From: a virus | Taxonomy: Duplodnaviria > Caudoviricetes | IMG/VR virus record: IMGVR_UViG_3300013307_000671 | Coordinates: 32,001-96,000 of that record | Reading direction: 5' to 3' (one strand) | Length of the DNA: 64,000 nucleotides | Shown here: one piece after another, positions 29,615 to 39,596 of the stretch | Numbering within the stretch: the first letter of the stretch is position 1 | Layout: every line of letters starts with the position of its first letter | Notes under the pieces: model-generated | The model's database searches: none | Told to the model about the DNA's origin: nothing | Seen by the model: only the letters and a program-made list of their open reading frames with translations | Translations under genes and position numbers: made by a program

Positions 29615-29986
29615 TTAAGGCTTCCAATCTTTTAGCGTAAATGCGAACATCATTAGTCCTTGAAGCATTATCAGTGCCGGGAGAACCTGATTATGTGTTG
29701 CCTCTCTCAGGCTTGCGCTCAATATAAACAACAAAAACGGGAATACACTTGCTGTCAGAATGAACTCTTTTAAACTCAAGACATAATCTTTCTTCTCAAC
29801 AAATACTCGATACAGCAAAGCGCCATACTTAATGATGCCAAATACGACACACGCCCATGCCGCCGCAACGCTAAAACCCATTACCAGCTCACTTTGAAAA
29901 AGTGAAGCCAGCAGGAAAAACGCCAGTGACGCATAGAGGTAAACTTTAAAGTTAAACGTCTGATCAGCTGAAATATTTTTAGACAT
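29615..29986 (-). CDS. membrane protein
   Basis: four TM-like segments, GGAGG RBS. Confidence 0.7.
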   Translation of the reverse strand: MSKNISADQTFNFKVYLYASLAFFLLASLFQSELVMGFSVAAAWACVVFGIIKYGALLYRVFVEKKDYVLSLKEFILTASVFPFLLFILSASLREATHNQVLPALIMLQGLMMFAFTLKDWKP

Positions 29987-30065
29987 AACGCCTCCTGTTT
30001 ATGAATGATGATTATATCAGTTTTACACTTAATGCACAACAAAAAACCGCCCAGAGGCGGCTTTG

Positions 30066-30290
30066 TTATTCCAGTGTTGATACAATCATACCAGCGGCAA
30101 TCGCAGCAACAATCACATCACTATTATTGTCAGGCTCACTCTTTGAGTCTTTTTTTCGCTTACTCTTTTTCCGCTTTTCATCTGAATCACTGGAAAAGCT
30201 GTCGCCAGAGTAGCCGCAAATAGCGCCAAATAAGTCTTTTTCCTGATAAATCGCCTTTAGTTTAAACATAACGCCTCTCTTTTTATTCAA
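30066..30290 (-). CDS. small hypothetical protein
   Basis: GAGG before MFKLK. Confidence 0.45.
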   Translation of the reverse strand: MNKKRGVMFKLKAIYQEKDLFGAICGYSGDSFSSDSDEKRKKSKRKKDSKSEPDNNSDVIVAAIAAGMIVSTLE

Positions 30291-30292
30291 CC

Positions 30293-30919
30293 TTAGCAGT
30301 ATGCTACCATAAAATGCTTATAGGCTTCACCTGATTTTGCCATTTCGCTCACCTTGCGACTTGGAATCTCAATGTCTTTGGCGCAGGCATTAACGCTATC
30401 ATAATACGCATAGAAACGGCCTTTTTGCAGCACTTTAACCGCCTTCTTAACAGCCACTGTGCCAATACCTTTTTTCTCAACAATAAGATTTTCTAAAGCG
30501 CACATGTTTTTAGATTTCTTAGCGTTTTTAAAAGAAATCTCAAAAGCCCCAATAGGTGCGCCTTCTAAAAGAAAATGTTCTGCCATGATATCGGCAAGCG
30601 ATACGCTTGATTGAAGATCTCCCTTCTTCCCATGAAGAACCACATATTTACATTCAGCTTTATCCCATTTGATCAAGCCTGGAGCGGTTTTAATCTTATC
30701 TTCTTTTAAAATTTCACCGCCAGCCGTCAGCCAAAAACGTGTCATTTTACCGTTAAGAAAAAGACGACGCATATCAACCTTAGCGTTCTTAAGCCAAGCA
30801 GATGACTCACGCGTGAAAGCTATGTCATATTCATGCTCAACATGAGACAAGACGTTTACAACATCAATAGCATTCAGGTTGTTATCATTAAGACTCGCTG
30901 TATAAAACATGGTTTTCAC
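30293..30919 (-). CDS. degenerate HNH/NUMOD1-like DNA-binding protein
   Basis: LADIMAEHFL..ISFKN.....N..ENL followed by YYDSVNACAKDIEIPSRKVSE. Confidence 0.45.
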   Translation of the reverse strand: MKTMFYTASLNDNNLNAIDVVNVLSHVEHEYDIAFTRESSAWLKNAKVDMRRLFLNGKMTRFWLTAGGEILKEDKIKTAPGLIKWDKAECKYVVLHGKKGDLQSSVSLADIMAEHFLLEGAPIGAFEISFKNAKKSKNMCALENLIVEKKGIGTVAVKKAVKVLQKGRFYAYYDSVNACAKDIEIPSRKVSEMAKSGEAYKHFMVAYC

Positions 30920-30991
30920 CTTAAAAAGATATGCGTCGATTTGATAAAGCGAGTATACGCCTTAATGACAATATTGGCAAGATTTTTATGT

Positions 30992-31018
30992 AAAAAAACC
31001 GCCCGGAGGCGGCCTTTT
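30992..31018 (-). terminator. CCGCC-CGGA-GGCGG family terminator
   Basis: AAAAAAACCGCCCGGAGGCGGCC. Confidence 0.85.
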
Positions 31019-31022
31019 CATT

Positions 31023-31409
31023 TTACATACAGTAAGAATCTTCTGCAGGCATATACTCTTCCGGGAAATCTTCTGGCTTCACCTCAAGAAATACAGATTT
31101 CGATTCGTCATTACTTTCTGTAATCACTTCAAAAACAACTTTATCGGCTTTCTGGATTATCGCTTTAAGTGTCAGATCACGAGACTTATATGCCTCCAGA
31201 TCTTCATTAGAGACAGGCACGGTGTAGTAATGATAGGTGCTCACAGCAGCAACCTCATCAACGTCCTTATCACACCATGACTCGATGACTTTCTGACCAT
31301 CCTCTTTCTGATAAACGCCTAACAGCAGTGCGCCATCATAACGGAAGAGGTCTTCAACTAATTTTAATGGAGTCTCCTCCACTTTTACTGCGTTTTTAAT
31401 CTCAACCAC
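31023..31409 (-). CDS. acidic hypothetical protein (DUF6575-like)
   Basis: YDG.LL...WCD.D motif, terminal YMP..DSY. Confidence 0.6.
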   Translation of the reverse strand: MVEIKNAVKVEETPLKLVEDLFRYDGALLLGVYQKEDGQKVIESWCDKDVDEVAAVSTYHYYTVPVSNEDLEAYKSRDLTLKAIIQKADKVVFEVITESNDESKSVFLEVKPEDFPEEYMPAEDSYCM

Positions 31410-31416
31410 ATTGGCC

Positions 31417-31758
31417 TCACTTAAGTTTTTTGATCATAAAATAGCTTTTCCCAATCTGGTCAAAGCCATACTTTTCATACCATTCTTTTAACGTGAAGCC
31501 CCGCGCCTGACGCTCAGAAACGTCATAGCACAATACAATCGCATCAGCCCCCATCATACGGCATTTTGCGATAAAAGCTTCCAGAGCACGATTACCATCG
31601 CCATTACCACGACGAGTTGCACCTACATAACGCAGACATGCGACGTTCTCTAACCCTGTTTTGTCAAAGCCATACACATCAAAGCTTTTATCATTAACGT
31701 CAGCAATATAGCCCGTTGCCTCTGCGAAAGGAAAGATTACGTCGATTTTCTTTTTCAT
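31417..31758 (-). CDS. GNAT-family acetyltransferase
   Basis: RRGNGDG motif A, WYEKYGF motif B. Confidence 0.75.
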   Translation of the reverse strand: MKKKIDVIFPFAEATGYIADVNDKSFDVYGFDKTGLENVACLRYVGATRRGNGDGNRALEAFIAKCRMMGADAIVLCYDVSERQARGFTLKEWYEKYGFDQIGKSYFMIKKLK

Positions 31759-31825
31759 TACAGCTTCTCTGTGGTTTGCATGTTGTCATGATAACATAAT
31801 CAGCCGAAAAAGCAAAGATGATTTA

Positions 31826-32203
31826 TTACAAAACACTATACATCTTATAATTATCCTTTAAAACACTGTTAATATAATCCACCAAACCTTCTCGCTCAGC
31901 ATTATACTGTGATTGCTTAAAATCGGAATGAAAGCTATCAATAGCGTCTTCATCGAATGAAACACGAATGATGACATGCTTTTCATCTTTTTCTTTAAGC
32001 TTTACAATCAACTCAATACTTAAATCATCTTTTTTGTTCAAGATGCTGAACGTATGCTCATAAAATCCTTCAAAAGCTTCTTTCGCCTGTTCCAGGTGAT
32101 ACATGACAAAAGCCTCATTATTTTCCAGTCGCTTGAGGGCTGCCAGACCTCTTTCTATGGACTCTTTAAAAATATCCATGTGGTTATCTTGCTTGTCTTC
32201 CAT
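31826..32203 (-). CDS. hypothetical protein
   Basis: GGAG RBS. Confidence 0.65.
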   Translation of the reverse strand: MEDKQDNHMDIFKESIERGLAALKRLENNEAFVMYHLEQAKEAFEGFYEHTFSILNKKDDLSIELIVKLKEKDEKHVIIRVSFDEDAIDSFHSDFKQSQYNAEREGLVDYINSVLKDNYKMYSVL

Positions 32204-32255
32204 ATATTCTCCGTTAAGAAAAAAGACGCCGGAGCGCCCTTTAGTTATGGTAATG

Positions 32256-32597
32256 TTAAACGAATGCCTGTGCTTTAGCTACAGAAAACTCAGGATTTTT
32301 CGATTCAAACCATGCCCACACATCTGAGCGATCCGTGCCAGCTTCAAAATGAAGGAATGCATCTTCAAGCTCATCATCTTCATTTACAGGCACATCGCCC
32401 AGCAGACGCCACGCAATAATCAAATCTGAAAGCTGATAACCCGCAGCACGCTGAGCAGCACACGCTTGCTCTTCGGTGTCATACTCTGCCGTTTCACCTT
32501 CGCAGTTTTGCGTCAGCCACGGTTTAGTAAAACGCTTAGCGTATGCCTCATTAAGGCTCGCCACTTCCACCACATCTAAAATATTTTCAAATTGCAT
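32256..32597 (-). CDS. acidic phage-type hypothetical protein
   Basis: W..LGDVPVN.D..L...FLHF.AGT....VW.WFE motif. Confidence 0.7.
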   Translation of the reverse strand: MQFENILDVVEVASLNEAYAKRFTKPWLTQNCEGETAEYDTEEQACAAQRAAGYQLSDLIIAWRLLGDVPVNEDDELEDAFLHFEAGTDRSDVWAWFESKNPEFSVAKAQAFV

Positions 32598-32611
32598 ACA
32601 AACCTCTTTGG

Positions 32612-32968
32612 TTAGTTAAAATCAGAATCAGATGGCAGCTTTCCACTAAGATATACGTAAAAAGCCACACAAGCAAGAAGCAAGCCATCTGAGGGACTCC
32701 ATCCTATAAAATGACAAATAACCGCACTTAAGAATATTAAGCCACAATCCATTGTCACAAACATGAAGTTTCGACCGAAGCTGAACGGTATTGGATTAGA
32801 GAAAAAATAATATACTGCTCCAACACCCATTATACCCGCATAGATATAAGATAATACCATCATGGTAATGCGCACACCTTCGCCAACTGAATGACCTACA
32901 ACACCTTTGTCAGCAAGCCCGCCTACTACCGCAATCAAAAATAAAAGCAGAACACCTCTTACACGCAT
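32612..32968 (-). CDS. membrane protein
   Basis: GGAGG RBS; 4 hydrophobic segments. Confidence 0.65.
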   Translation of the reverse strand: MRVRGVLLLFLIAVVGGLADKGVVGHSVGEGVRITMMVLSYIYAGIMGVGAVYYFFSNPIPFSFGRNFMFVTMDCGLIFLSAVICHFIGWSPSDGLLLACVAFYVYLSGKLPSDSDFN

Positions 32969-33014
32969 AATCCCTCCAAAACAAAATGCCGCCCTAGAGC
33001 GGCTTAGCTGTCAG

Positions 33015-33677
33015 TTAATGTGAGCCTGCGAAATGCTCAACCAGTCGTGAAGTGACATCATATTCTTCAACTACGATGGTGCCAATCACGTTCCGATCAT
33101 TTACGATGTCCTCTACCAGCTCGTAAATCTGATGCGACGTTTTTCGCTCATCACGCTCACTTGCCAGCATAGCAAACATCTTACCTGCGTAATACGGATT
33201 TGCAGAGGTAACAATACCCAAAGATGCAAAACGCTCAGCCACAGCTTCCTGCTTTTTAGGCGTAAGAGCATAGGTATTCATTCGGAAAAGAATCAGATCA
33301 TCAACATTTACGAAAGCCTCAAAATCAGCACGGACTTTTTTCAGTACGTTGCCAATCTGTTTTGAAGTATCCAGCCCTTTCTGAGCAAGCAAAGCATTAC
33401 GGCTTTCAATTTTATCTTTAACGATATTCAGAATAGCCAGTGCTTGCGCCATTTCTTCTTTCATGACAGCATTGAAACTCATGCCATTTAACTCATTAAC
33501 AACAGTAGTCAAAGAAACAGAGGTTTCCTCATAACCACCAAAAACGTCAATCGATTGATCTTCATAGTCAGTCTTACGCTTTTCAGCAGCTAATGACTCG
33601 CGCAGGTTCTGCATTTTAGTCGCAGCAGCAACACAAATAGCTGTTAAGGCAGGCACATTCATAGTCAGCGTTTTCAT
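33015..33677 (-). CDS. hypothetical protein (family with 49908 and 54870)
   Basis: 220 aa; helical N-terminus, C-terminal R..T..L....Q.AV...FA..G. Confidence 0.75.
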   Translation of the reverse strand: MKTLTMNVPALTAICVAAATKMQNLRESLAAEKRKTDYEDQSIDVFGGYEETSVSLTTVVNELNGMSFNAVMKEEMAQALAILNIVKDKIESRNALLAQKGLDTSKQIGNVLKKVRADFEAFVNVDDLILFRMNTYALTPKKQEAVAERFASLGIVTSANPYYAGKMFAMLASERDERKTSHQIYELVEDIVNDRNVIGTIVVEEYDVTSRLVEHFAGSH

Positions 33678-33695
33678 TCGGTTTATCTCTCAGTG

Positions 33696-33740
33696 GTTTC
33701 AATAAAAGAAGTATACCCATTAATGACAACACAAGCAAGC
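33696..33740 (-). promoter_or_regulatory. promoter with ATTGAAAC leader and consensus box TAATGACAACA (33721-33731)
   Basis: gtttcaat-aaaaga-agtata-cccat-taatgacaaca-caagcaag. Confidence 0.75.
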
Positions 33741-33758
33741 CTTTTCTTTTCCAAAAAC

Positions 33759-33781
33759 AAAAACCGCCCGGAGGCGGCTTT
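33759..33781 (-). terminator. CCGCC-CGGA-GGCGG family terminator
   Basis: AAAAACCGCCCGGAGGCGGCTTT. Confidence 0.85.
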
Positions 33782-33798
33782 ATTTTATGATCTGCTTA

Positions 33799-34665
33799 TC
33801 AGACTGCTTCTAACTGCGACCGCATTTCATCCAGACGTTTCTGCTCGTCTTCAATCAGCATACGCGCCACATTGTAAGCATCCTGCTTTTCAAAAAACAG
33901 CACGCCGTCATCAAACACAAACTTGCCATCTTTGAGCGTAAAGGTATGGAAGTTGAAGCCACAACCTTCTGGCGTCTCAAACTTCATGTTTAACACCTCT
34001 GCGCGGGCATCAAAACGCACACTATGAAGATAAGTCTGAACAGGAAGCATCTTATCTTTATAGATGACGTAAGCATCAACCATTGCAGCATTAGCAAAAC
34101 GCTCAAAACCAGCAGGAACAATAACCGCTGTATTATCCGAACTATACTCAGCCGTCAGTCTTACCTTAACCAGATCATCACAGGTTTTACCTTTTAACGC
34201 CTCGCGTTGCGTAATTAGGAAGTTAACCTTCTGACCAATATCTGTTTTAAGCAGCAGATTTTTACGCCATCCTTCTTTTTTCAGGGTTCTGAAAATAAAA
34301 AAGTTCTCATTTTGCTTCATGAAATGCTCGAAGATGCCCTGATATTCATTAAATACAGACAGCTTTAAATCATCCAGCGTGTTGCAGTAGCGCTCATTAT
34401 CATCGTGCCACTGCGCATATTGGTTATAGAGCCGCTCAGTTGCCTTGACGTAGCCGCCTTTTTGTTTAAACTGTCCTGTCAAAACCTGATAGTGGAAGTT
34501 AACCTTTTCATCAAAGGTTAAAAGAAAATCAGTATACAGAATACGCCTAAAGTCTACTGATGTTTGTCGCGCTTTTTCACCCAAAAAACCATCATTAGCT
34601 TCAAGAGCGTAGAATACGCCGAACACTTTTTTTACTTCGCCAATCGTAGTTTCTGTCGCTTTCAT
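33799..34665 (-). CDS. hypothetical protein
   Basis: 288 aa, GAGG RBS. Confidence 0.75.
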   Translation of the reverse strand: MKATETTIGEVKKVFGVFYALEANDGFLGEKARQTSVDFRRILYTDFLLTFDEKVNFHYQVLTGQFKQKGGYVKATERLYNQYAQWHDDNERYCNTLDDLKLSVFNEYQGIFEHFMKQNENFFIFRTLKKEGWRKNLLLKTDIGQKVNFLITQREALKGKTCDDLVKVRLTAEYSSDNTAVIVPAGFERFANAAMVDAYVIYKDKMLPVQTYLHSVRFDARAEVLNMKFETPEGCGFNFHTFTLKDGKFVFDDGVLFFEKQDAYNVARMLIEDEQKRLDEMRSQLEAV

Positions 34666-34762
34666 TTTTTCAACCTCATCACGTTTCGATTATTGACATT
34701 ATATCCATTTATCCCGTCATAATCAACCAAATAAAAAAGGCGATACAATCGCCTTTTCTTCA

Positions 34763-35083
34763 TTACGCATTCGTGGGATACATGACAACCTGACATCTTG
34801 TTTGTAATACAAGGGCATCTCTTCCCGCAATATGGTCCATCCAGATACAATCATGAAAGAACAGAGACACTGAATCATTACACCAGTTCACTGTATAGAT
34901 ACGGCCTTTTAGCATCTCACGCGTAACATGTTTAGCTCCGGCAACATCATTCCCGCCACGTATATCTTTATAGCAGTGCCATACGTGGGCGCTTTTCCGA
35001 TAAGATCTTTCTCCTTCATCCAGCAAATGCTCTAACGCTTTTTCAGGCGTGCCAAACTTATCAAGCAAAGCATAAAAACTCAT
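34763..35083 (-). CDS. hypothetical protein
   Basis: 106 aa, GAGGA RBS. Confidence 0.6.
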   Translation of the reverse strand: MSFYALLDKFGTPEKALEHLLDEGERSYRKSAHVWHCYKDIRGGNDVAGAKHVTREMLKGRIYTVNWCNDSVSLFFHDCIWMDHIAGRDALVLQTRCQVVMYPTNA

Positions 35084-35129
35084 TTGAAAAATCCTCTCTT
35101 AAAAACATTTTCAGAGCCAGAATGTTTTA

Positions 35130-35444
35130 TCAGACCTGCTCAAAGATAAAGTTAAAATCAGAGCCTGCGCTGAGATCCTGAAAACTTACGCCATCAGCAC
35201 CGAAGTAGAAACGACCGCGATCAACAGATAGACTTACGCCTTTATGGTTTACGCTATAATCTCCAGCACCTAAATCATCAAGTACAGTTTCATCACCAAT
35301 ATAAACCGCACCGCGACCACCATCATACGACGCTTCTACGCGCTTAACACCTTCGGGCAGATTGCCTTCAATCAGCTTCTCATACTTATCATAACTATAG
35401 TAATCGACGTAATTGACCTTGATCATCGCACTTTCCTTATTCAT
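35130..35444 (-). CDS. hypothetical protein
   Basis: AAGGA before MIKVN. Confidence 0.65.
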   Translation of the reverse strand: MNKESAMIKVNYVDYYSYDKYEKLIEGNLPEGVKRVEASYDGGRGAVYIGDETVLDDLGAGDYSVNHKGVSLSVDRGRFYFGADGVSFQDLSAGSDFNFIFEQV

Positions 35445-35471
35445 AAGGCCGCATAAGCGGCCCTTTGTTTG

Positions 35472-35810
35472 TTATACCGCGAAGAAATCCACTGGCTTCA
35501 TTTTGCTACGATGTTTCTCAAGAAACGCCTGAACAGCCGGATTAGCATTCGGTTTAAAATACTTATCTGCGAAACGATGCGCCTCGCTTTCAGTCAGCTC
35601 TGCATCATCACCAAAATACATGCCACTACCCGTCATACCGCGAGACAGATGATGAATAGCAAACTGGCGACCGCCAATCGTATCCATATAACGAATCATA
35701 AAAGCACTCATATAACCACCCGGCTCACCTTCAACACCCAGCTCAATCGCTTTGATTTCGCCAGCTTTCAGTTGCGCCAGACCTGCTTTCATATCAAATT
35801 TCGTTTCCAT
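35472..35810 (-). CDS. hypothetical protein
   Basis: 112 aa; box-bearing promoter (35843-35853). Confidence 0.7.
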   Translation of the reverse strand: METKFDMKAGLAQLKAGEIKAIELGVEGEPGGYMSAFMIRYMDTIGGRQFAIHHLSRGMTGSGMYFGDDAELTESEAHRFADKYFKPNANPAVQAFLEKHRSKMKPVDFFAV

Positions 35811-35962
35811 TTTTTACCCTTAAGAGTGAATAACTGTTTGCATGTTGTCATTATACGGATTTCTGACTTCTATGCAAGCATTTTATTTCTTTTGATTGCT
35901 CTTTTATCTTAAAATGAATATCTCTCATCAAAAGAAAAGCCGCCCGGAGGCGGCCTGTAGAC

Positions 35963-36625
35963 TTAGGCTTCTTCTGCCACCATCTTTTCGATGCCAATGC
36001 CTGAATCAGGCAGAGCAAAACCTTTGATATCTTTGTAGCGCCAGCGATACAGCGTCTCTGAATCATCTCGGTTCAGGCGATAACCCGTAAAGCAGGTTTT
36101 GCTATAACTAGGGTTAGCCACACGGATAGAATCACCATAAACCATTTCCACCACTGCGCCACGCGGCATTTTCTTAAAGATATCGTCAATATCTTTCTTG
36201 TGCTTAGCAACCGCTTTACGATAACCACGGCAACGCTCACGCCATGCAACCGCATATTCACCCTGACAGGTTGACGCGTTCAGGAACTTGACCGGACAAT
36301 CATGCGTTGTTGGCCCCATTGACTCATCAACATATTTATAGCAGATTTCCGCACTACGGTCAGCATTGCCACGGTAACGGCTAATCAGGATTGTGCTGAT
36401 AAAGACTTCCTTCTCACCGTCTTTATCGGTTTTCTCAATCAGCTCATAAATAGTTTTTCCAACTACAGCATAATCAATAACTTTACAGTTAGCATTCCAG
36501 TTATTAATCAGCTCCGCCTCATAAAAACCCTGATTCGTTTTAAAACGAGGATCATTATTACGCATGCAAGTTGTACCCATTTTCATCACCTTTAAGCAGT
36601 TATTTTGTTGTCTTAATAATAGCAA
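35963..36625 (-). CDS. DUF6927-like protein
   Basis: YKYVDESMGP...DCP..FL......AWRERC; probable start MGTT/MKMG. Confidence 0.7.
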   Translation of the reverse strand: MLLLRQQNNCLKVMKMGTTCMRNNDPRFKTNQGFYEAELINNWNANCKVIDYAVVGKTIYELIEKTDKDGEKEVFISTILISRYRGNADRSAEICYKYVDESMGPTTHDCPVKFLNASTCQGEYAVAWRERCRGYRKAVAKHKKDIDDIFKKMPRGAVVEMVYGDSIRVANPSYSKTCFTGYRLNRDDSETLYRWRYKDIKGFALPDSGIGIEKMVAEEA

Positions 36626-36658
36626 ACGTTGCTGTCTGCTGCAAGAAAAATCTATAGA

Positions 36659-37177
36659 TTATCGAAACTTTACACTGCGCATAATCCGCTCAGCAATCTC
36701 TGCCTGTTTTTTATGACCATAGCGGTGATCACGCATAATATCAGCAAAGATTTCTTTTGCTTTTGCCACTGTAGGTAAGTCAATTTCTTTGTAAAAGAAA
36801 GACTCTTTTGATAAAACCAGATGCTCATATTCGTCTTCAAAGTAATAAGATACACCATGCGCATCATAAATTTGATTGCCAGCAACCAGCGCCACATGAG
36901 CGACACCTATCCAGCGCACTGCATCAAGAAAATCACTATCTGACATTTTCTTTAAAGATCTTGCATTAAAGTTATACTCTTCTTTCTCAACAAAACAGAG
37001 CAACTTAAAGCTGTTCTCACGCTTGCTAATGAAGTGATCATAGATGATTTTCGCTAACTGACTGCACGCCCCACGCATGAAAAATCCTTTCAGATCTGAA
37101 ACCATCTTTATATACTCAACCAGACCATTCGGCGTAGAGAAATGATTTTTCAGTAATGTGATATTTCGACTCATCAT
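36659..37177 (-). CDS. putative Cys-His-Asp (papain/transglutaminase-like) protein
   Basis: FF.RGAC..LA ... HV ... IYDAHG. Confidence 0.55.
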   Translation of the reverse strand: MMSRNITLLKNHFSTPNGLVEYIKMVSDLKGFFMRGACSQLAKIIYDHFISKRENSFKLLCFVEKEEYNFNARSLKKMSDSDFLDAVRWIGVAHVALVAGNQIYDAHGVSYYFEDEYEHLVLSKESFFYKEIDLPTVAKAKEIFADIMRDHRYGHKKQAEIAERIMRSVKFR

Positions 37178-37262
37178 AGCACCTGTAAGAAGCTTTTCAG
37201 AATGCCATTATTTTACCAAAATGCTCTATTAATGACAATAAAAAAGAGGCCGAAGCCTCCTT

Positions 37263-38252
37263 TTATTTATTCATTGCTTTTTTAAGAATCTCCTGCATAC
37301 GCAGTGCAGCGTCTGCCTTCCGTTGCCGCTTTTCGTTTTCAGGCAAGGCCAGATACTCTTCTCTCTGAATGACTCGTTCTTTAAAATCTTCTTCGGTAAG
37401 AAAATCATCCGCCGCCTTTTCTAAAGCCCGGACTAAAATCTTGTTATCCGTTACATTCTCAAAGGATACTGAAAAAGGCATAGGCGAAACGTCTTTCAAA
37501 CTTAAAAAATAAGCTTCTACTTTTTCCATCTCTTCCAGGAAGTTGAGCGCATTGTTGTGGCTAATACATTTACGCGCATGATCAGCTACCGCCATCATCA
37601 GAACTACAATAGCCTTATTTCCCTGACAAACATCATCATACATCACTTGAGGCAATGAGATTTTTAGAACAAAAGAGCGATCATCTGGTTCGATGTCAGT
37701 TCCATTGAAAACAGCTTTATCCTCTTTCTCATTGTATTCGTCCATACCCGCATAATCAGTATAGTTTTTCTTGAATGCAGACCATCCTTTAGGCTTTGCC
37801 TGCTTGCACTCAGGATACTCAGCCAGCAAGCCTTTCATGATAAGCTCAATATCGTAATAACGTAGGCCATCAGGTTGCTTAAGCAACCCGGAACAACTTA
37901 ATGTAAACAAAGCGCGTGAAAAGATAATATAAGGATGCGAACGAGAAGCAACAGACTCCTCTGCTTCCGTCAGAGAACTATTGATATAGTTATCCTCACT
38001 ATCGATAAGCTTCATGATCTTATTGCTTACACGATACTCGCTTTCCGCCGTATCAGCATACAGCTCAAGGCCTTTAGACCACACCTTTTCCAACAGTTCG
38101 CGAAGCCCTGGCTTAGTCACCCAACGCAACTCAACAAACTCAAATAATGCCTCGAACTCTTGCTGCAGATTGATCTGACCATCAAGCTTTTTCATGTTTA
38201 ACTCCATACGTTTATTTAATGACAATATAACATGGTCAGCCATTTCATGCAA
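37263..38252 (-). CDS. hypothetical protein
   Basis: probable start MKKLDG after GGAG; box 38217-38227. Confidence 0.75.
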   Translation of the reverse strand: MHEMADHVILSLNKRMELNMKKLDGQINLQQEFEALFEFVELRWVTKPGLRELLEKVWSKGLELYADTAESEYRVSNKIMKLIDSEDNYINSSLTEAEESVASRSHPYIIFSRALFTLSCSGLLKQPDGLRYYDIELIMKGLLAEYPECKQAKPKGWSAFKKNYTDYAGMDEYNEKEDKAVFNGTDIEPDDRSFVLKISLPQVMYDDVCQGNKAIVVLMMAVADHARKCISHNNALNFLEEMEKVEAYFLSLKDVSPMPFSVSFENVTDNKILVRALEKAADDFLTEEDFKERVIQREEYLALPENEKRQRKADAALRMQEILKKAMNK

Positions 38253-38310
38253 TCTTTTTTTGATTGCACCTAATTAAATATGATATTGTTATACAAAAGG
38301 AGATTAAATC

Positions 38311-38724
38311 ATGAGCAAAAAACAGAAGTTATTTACAAAGCCGTTTCACTATTTCACATTTTACGATGCGGAGTTTCTTTCGTCATCCACTCAGATATCT
38401 AAGCCACTAACCTCACTGAGTCCTTATTTTGGTAAAAATGCCAATGTAATCGCCTCAGTTGAGGTGCCTTGCGGCCCTCAAAGTCTACACATTCACTATG
38501 TGTCAGAAGACAAGGAAATCATTGATTTTAGCAGTCGGCCTTTTCACTGTTTTTTTCTCGACAAAGAAAACAATATCATTTTTTATGGTCAGAAAAACTC
38601 ACCACAATCTCTACATTCGCAGACATCAAATGCAAAAATTATTGGACAAGCCTCTGTAATGATCAACAATACCAAAGTCTTTATCTACTACATTAAAAAT
38701 GATCAAATGAGCCACTTTAAATAA
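38311..38724 (+). CDS. hypothetical protein
   Basis: AAGGAG RBS, divergent promoter. Confidence 0.7.
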   Translation: MSKKQKLFTKPFHYFTFYDAEFLSSSTQISKPLTSLSPYFGKNANVIASVEVPCGPQSLHIHYVSEDKEIIDFSSRPFHCFFLDKENNIIFYGQKNSPQSLHSQTSNAKIIGQASVMINNTKVFIYYIKNDQMSHFK

Positions 38725-38778
38725 AATAAAAGCCACCCGAAGGCGGCTTTATAATTTTATCTTTCTTGCCTTAGCAAA

Positions 38779-39333
38779 TTAACAGTGCCAATCTTGCTCT
38801 TCACAAACATAGCAATCTTTTTCTGTATTAGTTGCTTCTACGATTTTTAAAATCTCAGCATGAGAACGGTTCGTTTCAAAGGTGATTGAACACATATCTT
38901 CATCAAAATACAGGGCTGAAGGGTTCGTTGCAACCACTTTATCGCCTGTATTGAGTATAATACTATCCACTACACTCAGTAGATCCATAGCTGATACGGA
39001 ATATACAGTAATATAGTTAGGCGTTTTATTATCCACCAGGCTAAAATCAGTCTCGGTGATTTCACCATGATAGGTGTCCAGCTTATTTACCAGACCTACT
39101 ACTTTTGGATTTTCATCATCGATTGTCTCTGCCAGCACAATAAACTCATGATCCATCAGAGCAAACTTTTTGCTACCGAGTCCTGCCAGAATGCTTTCTA
39201 CCGTCTGCTCGTTCAATGGCGTAATCAGCATTTTAGCACGACGCGTCTCAGTGAAGAAAACCGGAGTCGCTTCCTGCAGGTTTACTTTTTTGGCACGCGC
39301 TGATTTAATTGTCTCAGTTTTCATGATAGGCAT
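38779..39333 (-). CDS. hypothetical protein
   Basis: 184 aa. Confidence 0.7.
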   Translation of the reverse strand: MPIMKTETIKSARAKKVNLQEATPVFFTETRRAKMLITPLNEQTVESILAGLGSKKFALMDHEFIVLAETIDDENPKVVGLVNKLDTYHGEITETDFSLVDNKTPNYITVYSVSAMDLLSVVDSIILNTGDKVVATNPSALYFDEDMCSITFETNRSHAEILKIVEATNTEKDCYVCEEQDWHC

Positions 39334-39345
39334 CTTATTAAAAAA

Positions 39346-39528
39346 TTATAATAAAGTAAGAATAGTGTCGGAAAAGCCGTCAGGCAGCTCAATATCTAAC
39401 TCAGAGCCTTGGCTTGAGAACTCAGGATCATCCCACTCATGAGCATAAACAAGACAGTCAGCACGATCAGGATGTGCTTCCAGATAGGCATTCATGCGCT
39501 CAACGGCTTCTCTTAACGTTAATGACAT
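39346..39528 (-). CDS. small acidic protein
   Basis: GAGG RBS, first gene after double-box promoter. Confidence 0.6.
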   Translation of the reverse strand: MSLTLREAVERMNAYLEAHPDRADCLVYAHEWDDPEFSSQGSELDIELPDGFSDTILTLL

Positions 39529-39566
39529 TGGCTTTTCCTCATATTTTCAATAAAGAGAGTATACAT

Positions 39567-39588
39567 TATTGTCATATTAAAGACAACA
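39567..39588. promoter_or_regulatory. inverted pair of GACAAYA boxes
   Basis: TATTGTCATAT-TAAAGACAACA. Confidence 0.7.
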
Positions 39589-39596
39589 ATTTCCTT

